A DNA stretch of 64,000 nucleotides from Lytechinus pictus (lineage: Eukaryota). The stretch spans positions 9,674,001 to 9,738,000 of the forward strand of contig NC_087250.1 in NCBI RefSeq assembly GCF_037042905.1. The letters are read 5' to 3'. Positions 49,085 to 63,195 of the stretch are shown here, piece after piece (positions within the stretch are counted from its first letter, which is position 1; every line of letters starts with the position of its first letter). A model generated the notes under the pieces. It was not told the DNA's origin, ran no database searches, and worked only from the letters and a program-made list of their open reading frames with translations. The position numbers were made by a program, and so were the translations under genes.

Positions 49085-49669
49085 AGGATAATGAAACTCT
49101 TGGAGCAAGTTAGCTTTTGTGAAAGCAGAAAAATCAAAGAATAAGATCAACAAATGTTTGAGTAAAATAGGACTAGCAATAGAAGAGTTATGAGCATTTG
49201 AATGTCGAGATCACTAATGCTATGGAGATCCTCCCATTGGCAATGCGACCAAGATCTATGATGTCACAGATGAACAACTCTCCCCTTTTGGACACTGAAA
49301 ATATACCCCAAAACATCTCTTTTTGCTCATTCTAATCATATGACAAACGATTCATTAATGATATAATGTTGTGAAACCTCTGTACTTGTCCTCTCATAAA
49401 GAGAACACCTCACCTTGTGATAGACTCTATAAAAGTGAGAATATAAGTGAAATAAGTACTAAAGTAATGAGGGAGTTGGTACGTGTGTGACATCACAGAT
49501 CTTGGTCGCATTGCCAATAGGAGGATCTACATGGTATTAGTGATCTCAATATTCAAATGCTCATAACTTTCTAATTATTCATTCAATCTTCCTCAAACTT
49601 TCAACAATATGTTTCTTTGATTTTTCTCTTTGATATGGATTCAGCTGGTTTCAAGGGTTTCATTCTCTT
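49085..49669. mobile_element. TTAA-flanked (Kolobok-like) MITE
   Basis: TTAA|AGGATAATGAAAC...GTTTCATTCTCTT|TTAA with a ~60-bp near-perfect inner inverted repeat. Confidence 0.82.
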
Positions 49670-49798
49670 TTAACATCATAAAATTCACCAAAAAAAAAAA
49701 CATACAGCAACAACCTTTGCCTTACCTTTTATTTACACCATCTGAAAAACGACTCTTGTGACTTTCAAAAATAGTCATTTTTAATTCAATATTTGATT

Positions 49799-50235
49799 CA
49801 CCGGCGTAAATCCACTGTGAGGAGTGGGGAATGGTTGACTTTTTTGACGATTTTATTTTCTGTCGATCTGACACTTAGGTATAAACACACACTCTCACTG
49901 ACCCCCACAGACCCCCTTACACACATTTTTATATTTATTTTGCGAGCGATTACAATTTTCTAGTTTTTAATCGCATTTCCTAACATAAATTCTAAAATAT
50001 GAGCGAGCAAAGCGAGCAAGCCAAAAATAACCACCTTTTTTGGTTTTCAATCGCATTTTCAAATAGAAATTCTAAAATATGATGGTTGTTTATGACAGAT
50101 ATTCAAAGATTTTACTAACGGATTAATTAAAATATATTTTCTTTCTTAAAAAGTGGGTGGATATTTGTACACGCCATCCCCCCTCTCCAAAAAGTGGGGG
50201 ATGTATCCCCCGTCCCCCCGGGATTTACGCCAATG
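49799..50235. mobile_element. hAT-like MITE
   Basis: TIR CA..GGCGTAAATCC. TSD ATTTGATT/CTTTGATT. Confidence 0.8.
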
Positions 50236-51307
50236 CTTTGATTACTCATGCATGACGCAACTGATCAATCTCATTCCCCCCAGGAGTTGCTTAATGAGTG
50301 TAGACAACCACCTACGAAATATCATATTCTAAAATTATTCCGTTCAAAAGTTACAGCATTTTTATTTAGGGGGGACTTACTTTTTTGTTGTGTATATGTA
50401 TGCCTATATATTTAATCAAATCCAATCGGTCGTGCGATCCAAAAGAGTAAATAGGGGGTAGTTCCATTAATATTTAAATATTGATGAAACACCGGGTCAC
50501 TCGGCGGGAGCGTTGGTAATTTCACCGAGCCTATTTATCAATCTATTTCAGGAGGTAAATCTACTTAAAAACAAACATTTTTTAAAACGTTAAACAAATC
50601 TTGAAAAAAGCTTAGTTGAAATATTCTTAAAAAATATTGTTTGATGACTTTTTTAACAGACTTTGATGTTCCTGTCATTACAGTTTGATAACATTGAAAG
50701 ATAATTTTTAGCATTGAAAATATGTTATTAAGATGTTTCTTTAATTTCTGAACAAAAATCATCATGAAAATGTGGAAAATGGTTTTGTTAAACACTGATG
50801 AATTCTTCTTTATTAAGGATTTTGATAAACGTAAAAAAATATTTAAAATAGTGTTCAATATCTTCTAAATACTTTATCGTGACCTTTGTAGAAAGTTAAA
50901 TGTTATTGAAGTAATATTTTGATAACATTTTAAAAAATGTTTTGTTTCTGAAAAGTATAATTAGTAGTATGATATTATCAAAGCGTAAAAAAAAAATTAC
51001 GTTTTGGGGAAACAAAAGATAATTCTTGCATTAATTAAGTTTTACCAAAGTTTCAAGATGGTATTTTCTTATATCAAATGTATTTACCAACGCCGTAAAT
51101 ATAGAGACGTTAGTAAAACGTTAGTTTGTTTCTGAAAAACAATATGCATCATAATAACATCAAAATAAGGATATTTGTTTTCTAATATGTTTAGTTATTT
51201 GTTTTAATATATACCAATACATATATATATATATAATAATATACCAAGTATATTTCAGCGCCTTGAGAACATAATCAATGTGGATTTGGCGCTTTATAAA
51301 TACTCTA

Positions 51308-51341
<34 letters not shown>

Positions 51342-51589
51342 AGCATATTTTCACAATTTTTCAAGAACGTTTGTTGTTATTGTCACACACAATGCTGAAC
51401 ATTACAAAATGTGAGTAAATATATATGTATATATATATTAATGTTAAAATTATATCATAAAAATGTCAAAATAAGGGTGTTTCTGATATTTTGTTAAACA
51501 TCATTAAAAACATTGTAAAAACATTGCTAAAAATGTTTTGTTAAAATATTTGAGAAACATAAACATGGCCGTGGGGCGTTACTAAACCG

Positions 51590-51833
51590 AATGTAAGTAA
51601 AGGTGACAAAATAATTACAATATCACTGTATTTGCTTCGAGGGTCAATTCAGGGAATACTTGTTTAGGGTACAGTCTTATTTCCAATACTTGTTAGGGTA
51701 GGGTTTCACACGCCAATACTTGTTAAGGGGTGTATTTTCAGAACATGGAAAATACTTGTTTAGGGTGCTTTTCGAAACCCAATGGACGTGTCTAGTATCC
51801 ATTCGTCAAAAGAAGAGCCCCACCCCCCCCCCG
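51590..51833 (-). mobile_element. Degenerate partial family A copy
   Basis: Aligns to 5090-5283. Confidence 0.7.
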
Positions 51834-52202
51834 GATCGCCCCGGATATGTCTAATTATTCAAAATGCTAAACAAAACAATTGCTGTATACCGCACATTTA
51901 AGTTAGGGCCTTTTCACATGTACATCTTGAATCATCATTGCAATGATGATTGCAATTCGTCTTTAGAATCATCGGACCTTTCACACGGAAAATTCGTATC
52001 GTAATTTGAGTGAAACCTAACTGGAATTCACCTCCGGAAAAGAATTTGAATTCGTGAATGTGATTAGCCTTCGTGATTCTAGTTTGGTTCCAGACGTGCA
52101 AAAAAATCGTCACAAGCCTTTTTTTTTTTTTACTGGAATCGTCGTTCAAATTACGATTTGTTTACCGTGAGAAAGGACGGTTAGTGACCTGAAAATACTC
52201 AC

Positions 52203-52390
52203 TAGCTTTCGCAATGTAGTTGTGAAATTTAGTTCCTCTTCACTATGGATAGAAACCAGATCCCCACGACATGACTGTCCACTGGTGAAATTACGACAGG
52301 TATACATGGCGCCTGTAAAGCTGGCTAACTCGTAAAATTTTTCGTAGCAACTTCTTTCAAAGAGTTTCCATGATGAATACGGGCAAAGAT
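52203..52390 (-). CDS. EGF/CTL copy 2, exon 4 (CTLD N-half: ...CYEKFYELASFTGAMYTC...SEEELNF...)
   Basis: 188 bp, acceptor ccttcag|, donor gtgagt. Five aa differences from copy 1. Confidence 0.92.
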
Positions 52391-52397
52391 CTGAAGG

Positions 52398-52666
52398 TAA
52401 TAATAATAATAGGCATTTATATGGCGCCATCTATCTAGAAATATTCTATTCCGAGGCGCGTTGTTATTATTATTACCCCGGCTTTAGCTCGAGCTGCCAT
52501 TCAGCGCTCATGCATTCAAGGAATTAATCCTGCTGGGTACCCATTCACCTCATCTGTGTTAAATGCAGCACAATGTGGATAAATTTCTTGCTGAAGGCTG
52601 GGATTCGAACCCACGACCCTCTGTTTCGAAGTCAGGAGACTTATCCACTGGGCCACAACGCTCCAC
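52398..52666 (-). mobile_element. tRNA-derived SINE (duplicate)
   Basis: As 28805-29073. Confidence 0.85.
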
Positions 52667-54189
52667 AATGTACAACAAAGAAAAGCAGAGATGGTGCCTA
52701 TTATTAATTAGAATAGTTGGAATTCGGAGGGGTTTGAGTAATATGTCTACTACTAAATCATACTGCATAGCTCATGTAGCTCTGATGCACATCGGGAATG
52801 CATTCACCCTTTGTATTCACAATGCAGTGTAACGGCAATCGCAGGTATAGCCAAAGATACTACAAGGAGAAGATCGGACACTTCGACGGTTTTTTGAAAC
52901 GCTCGATAAATGCTTTTGGGGAAAGGCGCCCAACAGCGTTGAGTAAGTAAACCTTTGCATATCTGCACGCGACTGTGTATAAAACCTATGGGGAAAATTA
53001 GAGAGGGGAATTTTGGAGGGGGGGGGGTGGAGAGGGCTCAAGGGTGGCGCATGGAAATAATTCCACGTTTTATTTCCAAGAAACCTCTGAAATATATTCA
53101 TCTCAAATTTAAGGAGAAAAAATTGAATGAAAAAATTTCAAAATGTAAAATCGTCTATTCATTCAGCCCTTCACCGTATCTCTTATATGTTTTGTAAACA
53201 ACCATCTCGCGATACGCAAAGGTAAAAAAGGTCGTTACTTACTCAACGCTGTAGGGCGCTCTTCCCGAGCGTTTCATTACGCGGTCTATGTACTGTCCGA
53301 TCTTCCCTTTGCAGTATCTTTGGTATAGCGTTTCGGGGGGGGGGGGGGGGTGCTGCATATGGAGAATAATACACGCAGCATCCCCTAGGAAAACCCCATC
53401 ACCCCGCAGACACATTCATATGTTCTTGAAAGCATTCTGCGTCGCGGTGCTAAACTCCCTTTTTAGATGCAATAGAGTTTCGTACCGCGACGCATAATGT
53501 TTTTTTTAAGAACATAGGAATGTATTGCAAAAAGGTTTTCGTGACAAGGGGTAACAAAGAGGTATTTGCCGAAAATTGGTGAATCATAACAGAAGTTTCG
53601 TCCGGGACTCTGGACGAACGATATATTAGCAATTTTCGTGTTTTTTAAATATATTTATTTCAAAACGGTTAAAAAAATACTTGCTCTCAGCCGACAAGGC
53701 TGTTTCTCAGCAAGTCCGTGCAGTTCAATTTACAAAATTCTCAAAAACAAGTTGAAAAATAAAAACGGGTGTTTTCTACTCGCCGTACGGGGAATGGGAC
53801 TGCAGCGTTAGGACGAAACTGCTGATTTGGTTCACCAATATTCGACAAAGACCTCCCAGCTTTTCATTGTCATTTGACGCCTATTTTCATATCGGTTTGT
53901 GTTATAGGAAAAAACGATCAGCCGATACAACGTGCAACAATTTACTACATGGAATTATAGACCAAGCTTCAGAAAAATCGAGGGGACGGAAACAGAACTA
54001 CTCCATTGATTCATATGTCGGTTCGATAATGAGGGTGATGATGGTGAGGAAATAACACAAAATATTAAATCCATGCTGCACATATGTTTCTTATACTCCA
54101 CTTACTTCATTTACTTGAGTTTAATTTAAATCCAAAGTTAAGAATAAAGGACAAATGAGCTTACTTAACATGTTTACCATCACAAGAAT

Positions 54190-54910
54190 AATAGTGATAA
54201 TAATGATATAACACTTTTATAGGGCGCTTAATACAGATGTTTCTAAGCGTTCAGTTTTCAGCTTTCTTTTGAATTACCGGGGAAAATAAAAAGTGATCTT
54301 AATGATTTCAAAACAAAAATTTTGAAGAAACAAACGAAACGCAACTAAGATACACACCTCCATATAGACCTACCCACAACTGATATCTAGACATTAAAAA
54401 GGTGGGTCTTTAGCAAGGTCTCAAGGGAGTTGGCATTATGGATACGTGATTGTAATTAATTCCACTGGATTAGAACAAAAACGGAGAAGGCTCGATCACC
54501 ATAACTGGTATTTGTACGTGGTCCTAAAGTTAGCTGCAAGGTTTCTGAAGAACAAAGTGGTATGAGTGAGCTAGAAGGGCGGAGAGAGATGAGGTTAGAG
54601 AGATATTCAGGAGCTAGGCCATTGATTATTTTATACGTCAAAAGAAGAACTTTGACAGCGATGCGCTGGCGTATTGGAAGCCAATAAAATGATTTCAGAA
54701 TATGTGTGATATGTTCAGATTTTCTTGAAAGAGTAACAAGCCTTGCAGCAGTATTTTTCATTCTTTGGAGTGGGTGTTAATGTGAGAGTGGGAAACCGAA
54801 ACGAGCAGAATTGCAGTAATCAAGGTGGAAAGATACAAAAGCATGGTTAAGTTTACTAGTTATGGTCATTGTGGTCGGGTCGAGTAGCTTCCTCATTTTT
54901 CCATGATTGG
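54190..54910 (-). mobile_element. L2-type LINE fragment (duplicate)
   Basis: NTAARLVT...HITHILKSFYWLPIRQRI...YGDRAF. Confidence 0.85.
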
Positions 54911-55378
54911 AAAATCAAATCCATGTAGCAACGTACCGTATTAAATTTGACCAATAACAGAGCCACCATTGGGGTCGTTACATCTGTCTAAATGACTTAT
55001 CAATCCTTTTCATTTGCTCTTTAGTCTTCATCGAAAGTTCCCTGTATTGCAGAACATGTATCGGTGTCTTTTCGCTTTGTTTTCCAGATTGACTATTAGT
55101 AAATGTACATAATCTTTTTAACCAAGACAGGCGCCCTTTATGAAAGTTCAGTCCAGACAGATCTAAGGCTACCTCTTAAACATAATAAATAGGACACTTA
55201 TTTTGACAATCAAAGCTTTACAGGTTTCAACATCGACACGGTAGCGAATGGGAGCGCAAAGAGAAGGGTTTTTTCAGTCTATGTCATCTTCTTCCCTTAC
55301 TTCTCTCAAACTCACTTTCTTTATTTCGAAACCTACTATTGGTTATATTGCCCACATTCTGCTTATTTGTATACATAC

Positions 55379-55483
55379 CGACTGCACATGTTGGTCCTTG
55401 AAACCTGGCTGAACAGGAGCAGGTGAAACCTTCCAGTGTTTCCGTGCATGTTCCTCCATTGAGACATGGGTTGGGTAAACAGT
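55379..55483 (-). CDS. EGF/CTL copy 2, exon 3 (EGF)
   Basis: Same peptide as copy 1, with one synonymous change (CTT/CTC). Confidence 0.93.
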
Positions 55484-57212
55484 CTGAGATCGAGAATTTG
55501 ACGTGACACGACAAATTGAAGTAGATGGGAAAGTGAGTTAGCAGGGCATATAGAAACGGAGAAAAGAGACAAAGGCAGAAACGGGGAGACATATAAAGAC
55601 AGAGGCAGAAACGGGGAGACATAAAAAGACAGAAGGGATGGTTTGGGAAATAAAAGTGATATTGCCATCTTTATCGTCAGAGGAACAATTGTATTCAAAA
55701 CCTGTTATTTTACTCTCAAAACACTCGACGGGCGGATCCAGAGGGGCACATTCGGCCCGTGCCACCCCCTTTTAGGAGGCATCAGTATTTTTTGTTTTGG
55801 TCATTCATAGACGTGAGGACTTATTTTTTTATTTTATTTATTTTTTTGGCTTGTCAAATTGTTCATGGAACAAAATGACATTTCTTTGATATTGAAGACC
55901 TTTTTTTGCATGTCATTTTTTTCTACATCAAATAACCTCGAATTGGTAGTGAGTTCTTTTTTATCCAACATTTTCCTATAAATACGTGCCTCCCCCTCCC
56001 CATTAGAAAATCCTGGATTCACCAAAGCTCGATACAATCCACACCCTTGTAGTACAAACTAGACAATGCTTTTTTTTCCATGGCGTGAAATTGGTAGTTT
56101 CATTAGTATGTGGGCGATTCCATGCTAGAAAAATCAGCCATTTTCTCAACATTTTTCAACCTGCTGTCCAGACGAACGAAGAACTTCAATTTGCTTTGTG
56201 GTAATATTGAAGGACTACTGGGTAGACATGCAAACAACTGACAACCAACACAAATATGTTGTCCATAGTTGAATTAGAGCCTAAAATGTTGCGTGCCGTA
56301 CGGGACATTTCTGCGTCCCGTACAACACTTTTTACCTCTAATTTACCCACAATCTATTTTTTGTGTGTGTTGGTTATTAGTTTTTCACATGACTACCCAC
56401 GATAGCTTTATCATTGACAACAAAGAATATTTTATTGCTCAAGCATTCGGCTAGGAAACTAGAAATTGTCAAAATGTCCCGTACGAAACGCATGGAATCG
56501 CCCATGTGGAATTCACAGCGGAGCAATTGCCCAGAGGAGCAAATTTCATCGAATCATTATGAGCCACCAATTTTCGACAACGAATTCTTGCTCTATGTCA
56601 TAAAGGATACTCGATATTTTATCCTACATAAATCAAATTTTGTATACATATTGGTCAGAATAGCATCATGTGACCAAACATATTTTCACTATTTTGCGAT
56701 GATGTTGAAAATGAAATGACCATTGAAGAAAATTGACTATTCCGTGATGTCAATAACGGAATAATGCACTATTCCATCATTGACATCTCATTATACTGAC
56801 ACACATCATGCAATCTCTCGGGCGCATCGGTCAGCGAGGCAATTCGACCGGGCAAATCTTTGGCGTAGGCACAAATCCGCGCGATATCTGTATTTCAGTT
56901 CAGATTAAAAATAGGATGAACTAGATGTGCAAGAACTAGATTATCAAGACGTATTGTTCTAACTTAATATTAAATGTACGATATAAAACAAATATACCAG
57001 GCTTTCATTTTGAAAGTAAAGAGGCAATTATTCATTCTCGGTTGCACTGGCAAAATTAGTAATGCCAGTCCAACCTCGGACAAATAATTACGCAAGGCCT
57101 GATATGTTTCTATAATATAATTTCCCTGCTTCTGGACCCTCCGAACATCGTGGAGCGAAAACTCGCTGCAGATATAAAAATGACAGTCTTAAAAGAGGCT
57201 TTGACAACATAC

Positions 57213-57377
57213 CTGGGAGTTTGAAGATGAAGATGAATCGATTTGAAACGATTCTCTTTATCCCTGGCCAGTTGGTGTCATCTCTGACTATTAACTTGGG
57301 TTCCAGGGCAGCGATGTCTACCGTTTGCAGTAAGCCTGCTCCGCACCTTGCGTTTACTGGCATACCAAACTTTAAGA
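57213..57377 (-). CDS. EGF/CTL copy 2, exon 2 (linker)
   Basis: Identical to 33490-33654. Confidence 0.85.
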
Positions 57378-57932
57378 CTGAAAAAAAAAATCAGACGAGA
57401 TTCCAAGTCAGTCCCATCCCTACCGTCTTCGGTGAGCAAAAACAAATATGTGGCTTGGCCCTGGGAAGCGGGGGTATACTGGGGAGAAGGGGGGGGGGGG
57501 GTATCTTTCTTTTTCTTTTTTCGCGAATTTTGTCGCCAAATTTGTCGTGATGTATATTAACCTTGCTTGAGCTGTGATCAAACCAGCGCCTGAAACTGGA
57601 TGGAAGTTGTCCGGATTCCAGCAGGAGAGCCAATTTGGGGAGTGTTATAGGATATCACGTATAAACGGAAGCGTAAAAGAAAACACTGGTACGCCGAGTA
57701 CAAAACGAAATTGATTATTGATCATCGATTCTTTTTTTAAGCATCCATGGGACTAAGCTTGAAGGGAGGTTGATGATGTTGGAGAAGAATGCAATGAATA
57801 AGAGGGTTATCAACACAGAGCGTTCGTGCATAATAAGCTAAAAGATAAATGCAAAATACCACAAAATATACGTATTGGGTTAGAAATATTACGGAATCCA
57901 TGTGACATAAACGTAACTAAGTAAATACTTAC

Positions 57933-57987
57933 TCAAAAGCAAAAAGCTTGTTAGCACTAGAGATCTTCTAACGAAACCTCTCGTCAT
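57933..57987 (-). CDS. EGF/CTL copy 2, coding exon 1 (signal peptide)
   Basis: Identical to 34209-34263, same splice sites. Confidence 0.85.
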
Positions 57988-60900
57988 CTTCTTCAACGCC
58001 GAGTATATTTACTGGAAACAAGAGATGCGTAAATATGGACAAGTTTGTGTATTGATTTGATTTTTACGCATTTACATAGCATTTATGATTTATGTCATTC
58101 ACGCAGACAAGTTATTACATGAATGATAATAATAATACTAATTATTATTATTATTATATAACTTATCCGTTAGTATTTGCACATATGGGCAGTTGTAATT
58201 ATATATTATAACGGTAATGGATTTGAGTTTTTTTCTAATCAGTATGACCATTTAGTTTCAAACGTTGTTCTTCCGAGGCCAAGTATAATAATAATAACAA
58301 TAATAATAATAACAATAATGATAATAACAATGATGATAACAACAAAAGCTGGATTTTTAAGCGATCTTTGTCTGAGGATACATAGCGCTGCAATAATTAC
58401 CCCAGCTTTAACTGTGCTGCCATGGCCCTTGGAAGCGGGGTGCTGAGTGTATTAATCACCATTGGCAGCACCCCCAGGTATTCTGGCATAAATTGGGGGA
58501 AAATCTTAACCAAAATTACCCTCATTTTGTAGTAAAACCCCCTGTTTGTTGTTTTCTTTTTTCAAATTTCTTGAAACCAATTTGAGCTCCTGGAGGGCCC
58601 TGATACGGGCTAAAGCTGAAGCATTCAAGGAATTTCTTCCTACAGGTTACCCATTCATCTCGCCTGGGTTGAGTGCAGCACAATGTGGGTAAATTTCTTG
58701 AAGGAAAGTAGACCATGGCTAGGAATCGAACCCACGTCCCTCAGATTAAAAGATGAGAGTCATAAAGTACTAGACCACGACACCCCCACATAAAGAGCAG
58801 AACAAATCGTAGCAGGTGATGGATGATCCGATGTTATCTCTTTTCCTCAACTTTGCAGGGCGTATATATGTTACCATCATAATCATAACACACACACACA
58901 AACAAAACTACACCACGGTCGTTTCCCTCCAGGGCTGCAACTTGTCACCTTTGCTATTTCATTCTTGCTTTCACTTAGTTTACGAATGTTTTTCGAATGT
59001 TTTCCAAGGACGTTATGTGCGTCAACGCATGGAATAATCCTTTGTTCATAGGGGGGAACAATGCTTACCCCCCCAAAAAAAAAAAAAAATGACTGTCCTC
59101 TGACTGACGCTCATGATGGACATGATGGTAAAAATGGTAAAGATAATGTCTGTTACCTCTGCCTTGTTTCCTTTTGCATCCGCAAGCCTCACAAAATTAG
59201 TACAGACCTTAAAACATTCATACTTATCAAGGCAGAATCTCCTAAGTCAAGAATACGCATGCATTCAATGCGCGCAAATTGTGTTTCGTCGCAGAGCAAC
59301 ACACTACAGCAGTGGCACGAAGACAGCATTTACGCATTGATTGTCAAGATCCCAACGTGAGTGATAGCTTTAAAGGGGAATCCAGCCCTGGCCATACACT
59401 GTTGTGTTGAGAAGGAGAAAAATAAATTAAAGAGAATGGTGATAGTTTGAAAGAAATTGGACAAGCAATAATAAAGTTATAGCTGTTTATAAATTGAGAT
59501 CACTAATACTATGTAGATTTCAAATTGGCAAATGGGTAAGTAAATTATGACAAGGGGCAAGGACAACTTTCCCATAGGCCATGTACTTTATTATCAGCGA
59601 TTTGTGGTTTTCTCCTAAGTACCCATTCCCCTGGGGCCTTAATCTAAATATAAAAAAGGTAGTATATTGTTTTATGTCCTCATGAAAGAAAAACATAAAT
59701 TAAAATAAAACTTTTGGGAAAAATGACATTTTAGCCATAATATGCATTGGAGTACATTGAAGAGTATTCCTTGCCTTACATCACTATGACATCCCATATG
59801 CGGCCATTTGAAGTCTCCATGGGTATAGTGATTACCAATATTTACAACTTTTAAAAATTCATAACTTTCTTGTTGTTTGTCCAAAATTGTTCAAACTTCC
59901 ACCTATCAACTTGTCTGATTTTTCTTTTCCTTATAAAAACAAGTTTTTATTTGGGTTTGATTCCCCTTTAAAGGTATACGTTCCTGGAATTCATGAGGGC
60001 GTTGGACAAACTACGCTCAACTTGCGGCGCCAGCTACTCATTGGCACCAGTGCAATACGACGCCTACGCAGATGCCACGTTCTGTATGCCCGAACTGCAT
60101 GACGACTTTCAATTCGCGTATGCTTCAGCTGCTGTTCAAAGATCTTGGCAGGTTGGCCCCGCCTCCTACTGCAGTGACGTAAGCAGATCAACGCAGCGCA
60201 GTACTGTGCATAGGTACATGCACATCACTGGTGATTGACAGCCGCATGCAAATTACATGTACGACAATGATCTTTGTAAAGAGGTAAGAGGCGAGTAGAG
60301 CAGTAACAATACCGTCCAACAGCGCCATACCTTTTAGTGAGCATATCCGAGATACCGAATTCAAATGATGACCGGAAGCACTCTCAAAACAAAACAGTCG
60401 AAATGACTAGTTAATCGGGTCAGTTGAGTGCAAACTGTCATTCTAGTCATGTGTATTCTAATTGTATTTTACTAGAACAGAGTTATTTCTGACTAGAATA
60501 TACGTCAGAAATGTGACTAGACATTGTCAGTTGCACCCAGCTGACTACTGATCTAGTCATTTTGACTGCTGTGATTCAAGGATGTGTGACCAGGGCTTCA
60601 CAAGACAAAGAGCCTTGCTCTAAAACTGACCATGCTCATGCATGGAATTAACTTCAAGAAAAAAAATTAATAGGACGAACATCCATTTCCCCCAGATACT
60701 TTTCCTATCTACAACATAAATGATTTATACCTCGGTCACATTTGCTCTACGGCGAGTCGAAAACAGCCGTTTTATTCATTTTTTCTAAACCACCTTTATG
60801 TAGCTGGTACAAAAATGTTAAAACGGTCGTTTTCGATTCGCCGTACGGCCGCCGTAGAGCAAATGTGACCGAGGTATCAGTGTTAAACAGTGTGGCCCGT

Positions 60901-61039
60901 ATTCTGAACTTCGGTTTAATCTAAACTCTTGTCTAAAGTTGTGGTTTAACAATGAAAAGTCAGTCGTGGCACAAGTCTCTAGGAAAAAAGTATTTGGCAG
61001 ACTAGTTAATTAGAATATAAAAATGTGTAAAAATAGTAA

Positions 61040-61983
61040 CTTATATGTTTTTTCTTGCCATCCAGGCTGAAAGCTGGCTCATTAAACATAAGGAGCGCGC
61101 AATTAAAACCAAACCATTCAATTTTTGGCCTCTCGTAGTTTTAACACTGGCTTAGACTATTCTATAACTTACACCCTACTTCGGAATACCGTCCAACCTT
61201 ATATATTTTTCTTGCCATCCAGGCTGGAGGCTGGCTCATTAAACATAAGGAGCGCGCAATTAAAACCAAACCATTTAATTTTTGGCCTCTCATAGTTTTA
61301 ACACTGGCTTAGACTATACTATAACTTACACCCTACTTCGGAATACCGTCCAACCTTATATATTTTTCTTGCCATCCAGGCTGGAGGCTGGCTCATTAAA
61401 CATAAGGAGCGCGCAATTAAAACCAAACCATTTAATTTTTGGCCTCTCATAGTTTTAACACTGGCTTAGACTATACTATAACTTACACCTTACTTCAGAA
61501 TACCGTCCAACCTTATATATTTTTTCTTGCCATCCAGGCTGAAAGCTGGCTCATTAAACATAAGGAGGGCGCAATTAAAACCAAACCATTCAATTTTTGG
61601 CCTCTCGTAGTTTTAACACTGGCTTAGACTATTCTATAACTTACACCCTACTTCGGAATACCGTCCAACCTTATATATTTTTCTTGCCATCCAGGCTGGA
61701 GGCTGGCTCATTAAACATAAGGAGCGCGCAATTAAAACCAAACCATTTAATTTTTGGCCTCTCATAGTTTTAACACTGGCTTAGACTATACTATAACTTA
61801 CACCCTACTTCGGAATACCGTCCAACCTTATATATTTTCCCTTGCCATCCAGGCTGGAGGCTGGCTCATTAAACATAAGGAGCGCGCAATTAAAACCAAA
61901 CCATTTAATTGTTGGCCTCTCATAGTTTTAACACTGGCTAAGACTATACTATAACTTACACCCTACTTCGGAATACCGTCCAA
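61040..61983 (+). repeat. 157-bp minisatellite, 6 units
   Basis: Same unit. The duplication offset drops by 629 bp (4 units) across the array. Confidence 0.95.
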
Positions 61984-63036
61984 TAAGTTCTACGTAGGTT
62001 GAAAGTAGAAAATCACCGTTTGGATCCGTCCCCGTCGATGGAAGTTGAGTCTGTAATAAGCAGCCGAAGCGATGGCATATTTTATTGTTGGCTTCAACGA
62101 TCTCAAACAGACTATACTTAAATAACAACGTGTCTTCCATCACAACACCTCGTACGTATTCAATAAATGAATAATATTTTGACAACTGTAACTGTTTATG
62201 TTGATTCATATATTCCATAAATATTGGAAGATAAAAAAATTTGCCTAAAATAACATCAAACTTTTTCTTTTTAATGATCAAACATAACAATGGTTTATAG
62301 TATTTTTACAGTCCATATCAATAAACATTTTTGAAGAACTGTAATATTACATTTCTAATGCTATGGTTACAGCACGTTGTTCGTGTCTTTGCACGAACTT
62401 ATCTCACAACCTAAACTAATTAATGTTTATGATAATCAATAATTGTGAAAAATATATATTATAGATTCACGTATTGGCTCCATACAGTCAGAACAATAAA
62501 CAGCCCAAAGTTAATTTTTTTTTTTTGCTTTGCCTTTTTTTGCCTCTGAATATGATTGATCTGATCATAACAAATTTGAGTAACTTTGAATAAACATTTG
62601 TTTGGAAAAAAAAGCATTTACTTTCGGATTTATTTTTTTCACTACATATATGCAGTATATATATATATATATGACCTAGATGGTGCAAACTGAAATATTG
62701 TTTTCTGTGGATCATTGTAATGCCGGGAGTGGCAGAATGGTGCAGGATTAAACTCTGAACATGGTATTTTCATGAATCAGAAGAGTGAATGGAGACATTT
62801 AGTCTAGTCTTACTTTCACTGTGATAAAAAACAATTTTTATGTTTTACATGTTATCACAGTTATATTGTGCTGCACTCAACTCAGGTGAGGTGAATGGGT
62901 ACCTGGTAGGAATATATTCCTTGAAATGCCGAGCGCGTAAAATCTGCTTGAGCTACAGCCAGGGTAATAATATCCTAGTCCTTTGAAAGCATAAAGACGT
63001 TATTCATAATGTGCTATGCGCCATACAAGAACTGAC

Positions 63037-63088
<52 letters not shown>

Positions 63089-63195
63089 CCACTCCTGCAC
63101 TACCATTCACACATGCATGCACAGCATTATGATTGATCTGATCTTTAAACAAATGAGTAACTTTGAATAAATATTTGTTTCGAAAAAAACATTAA

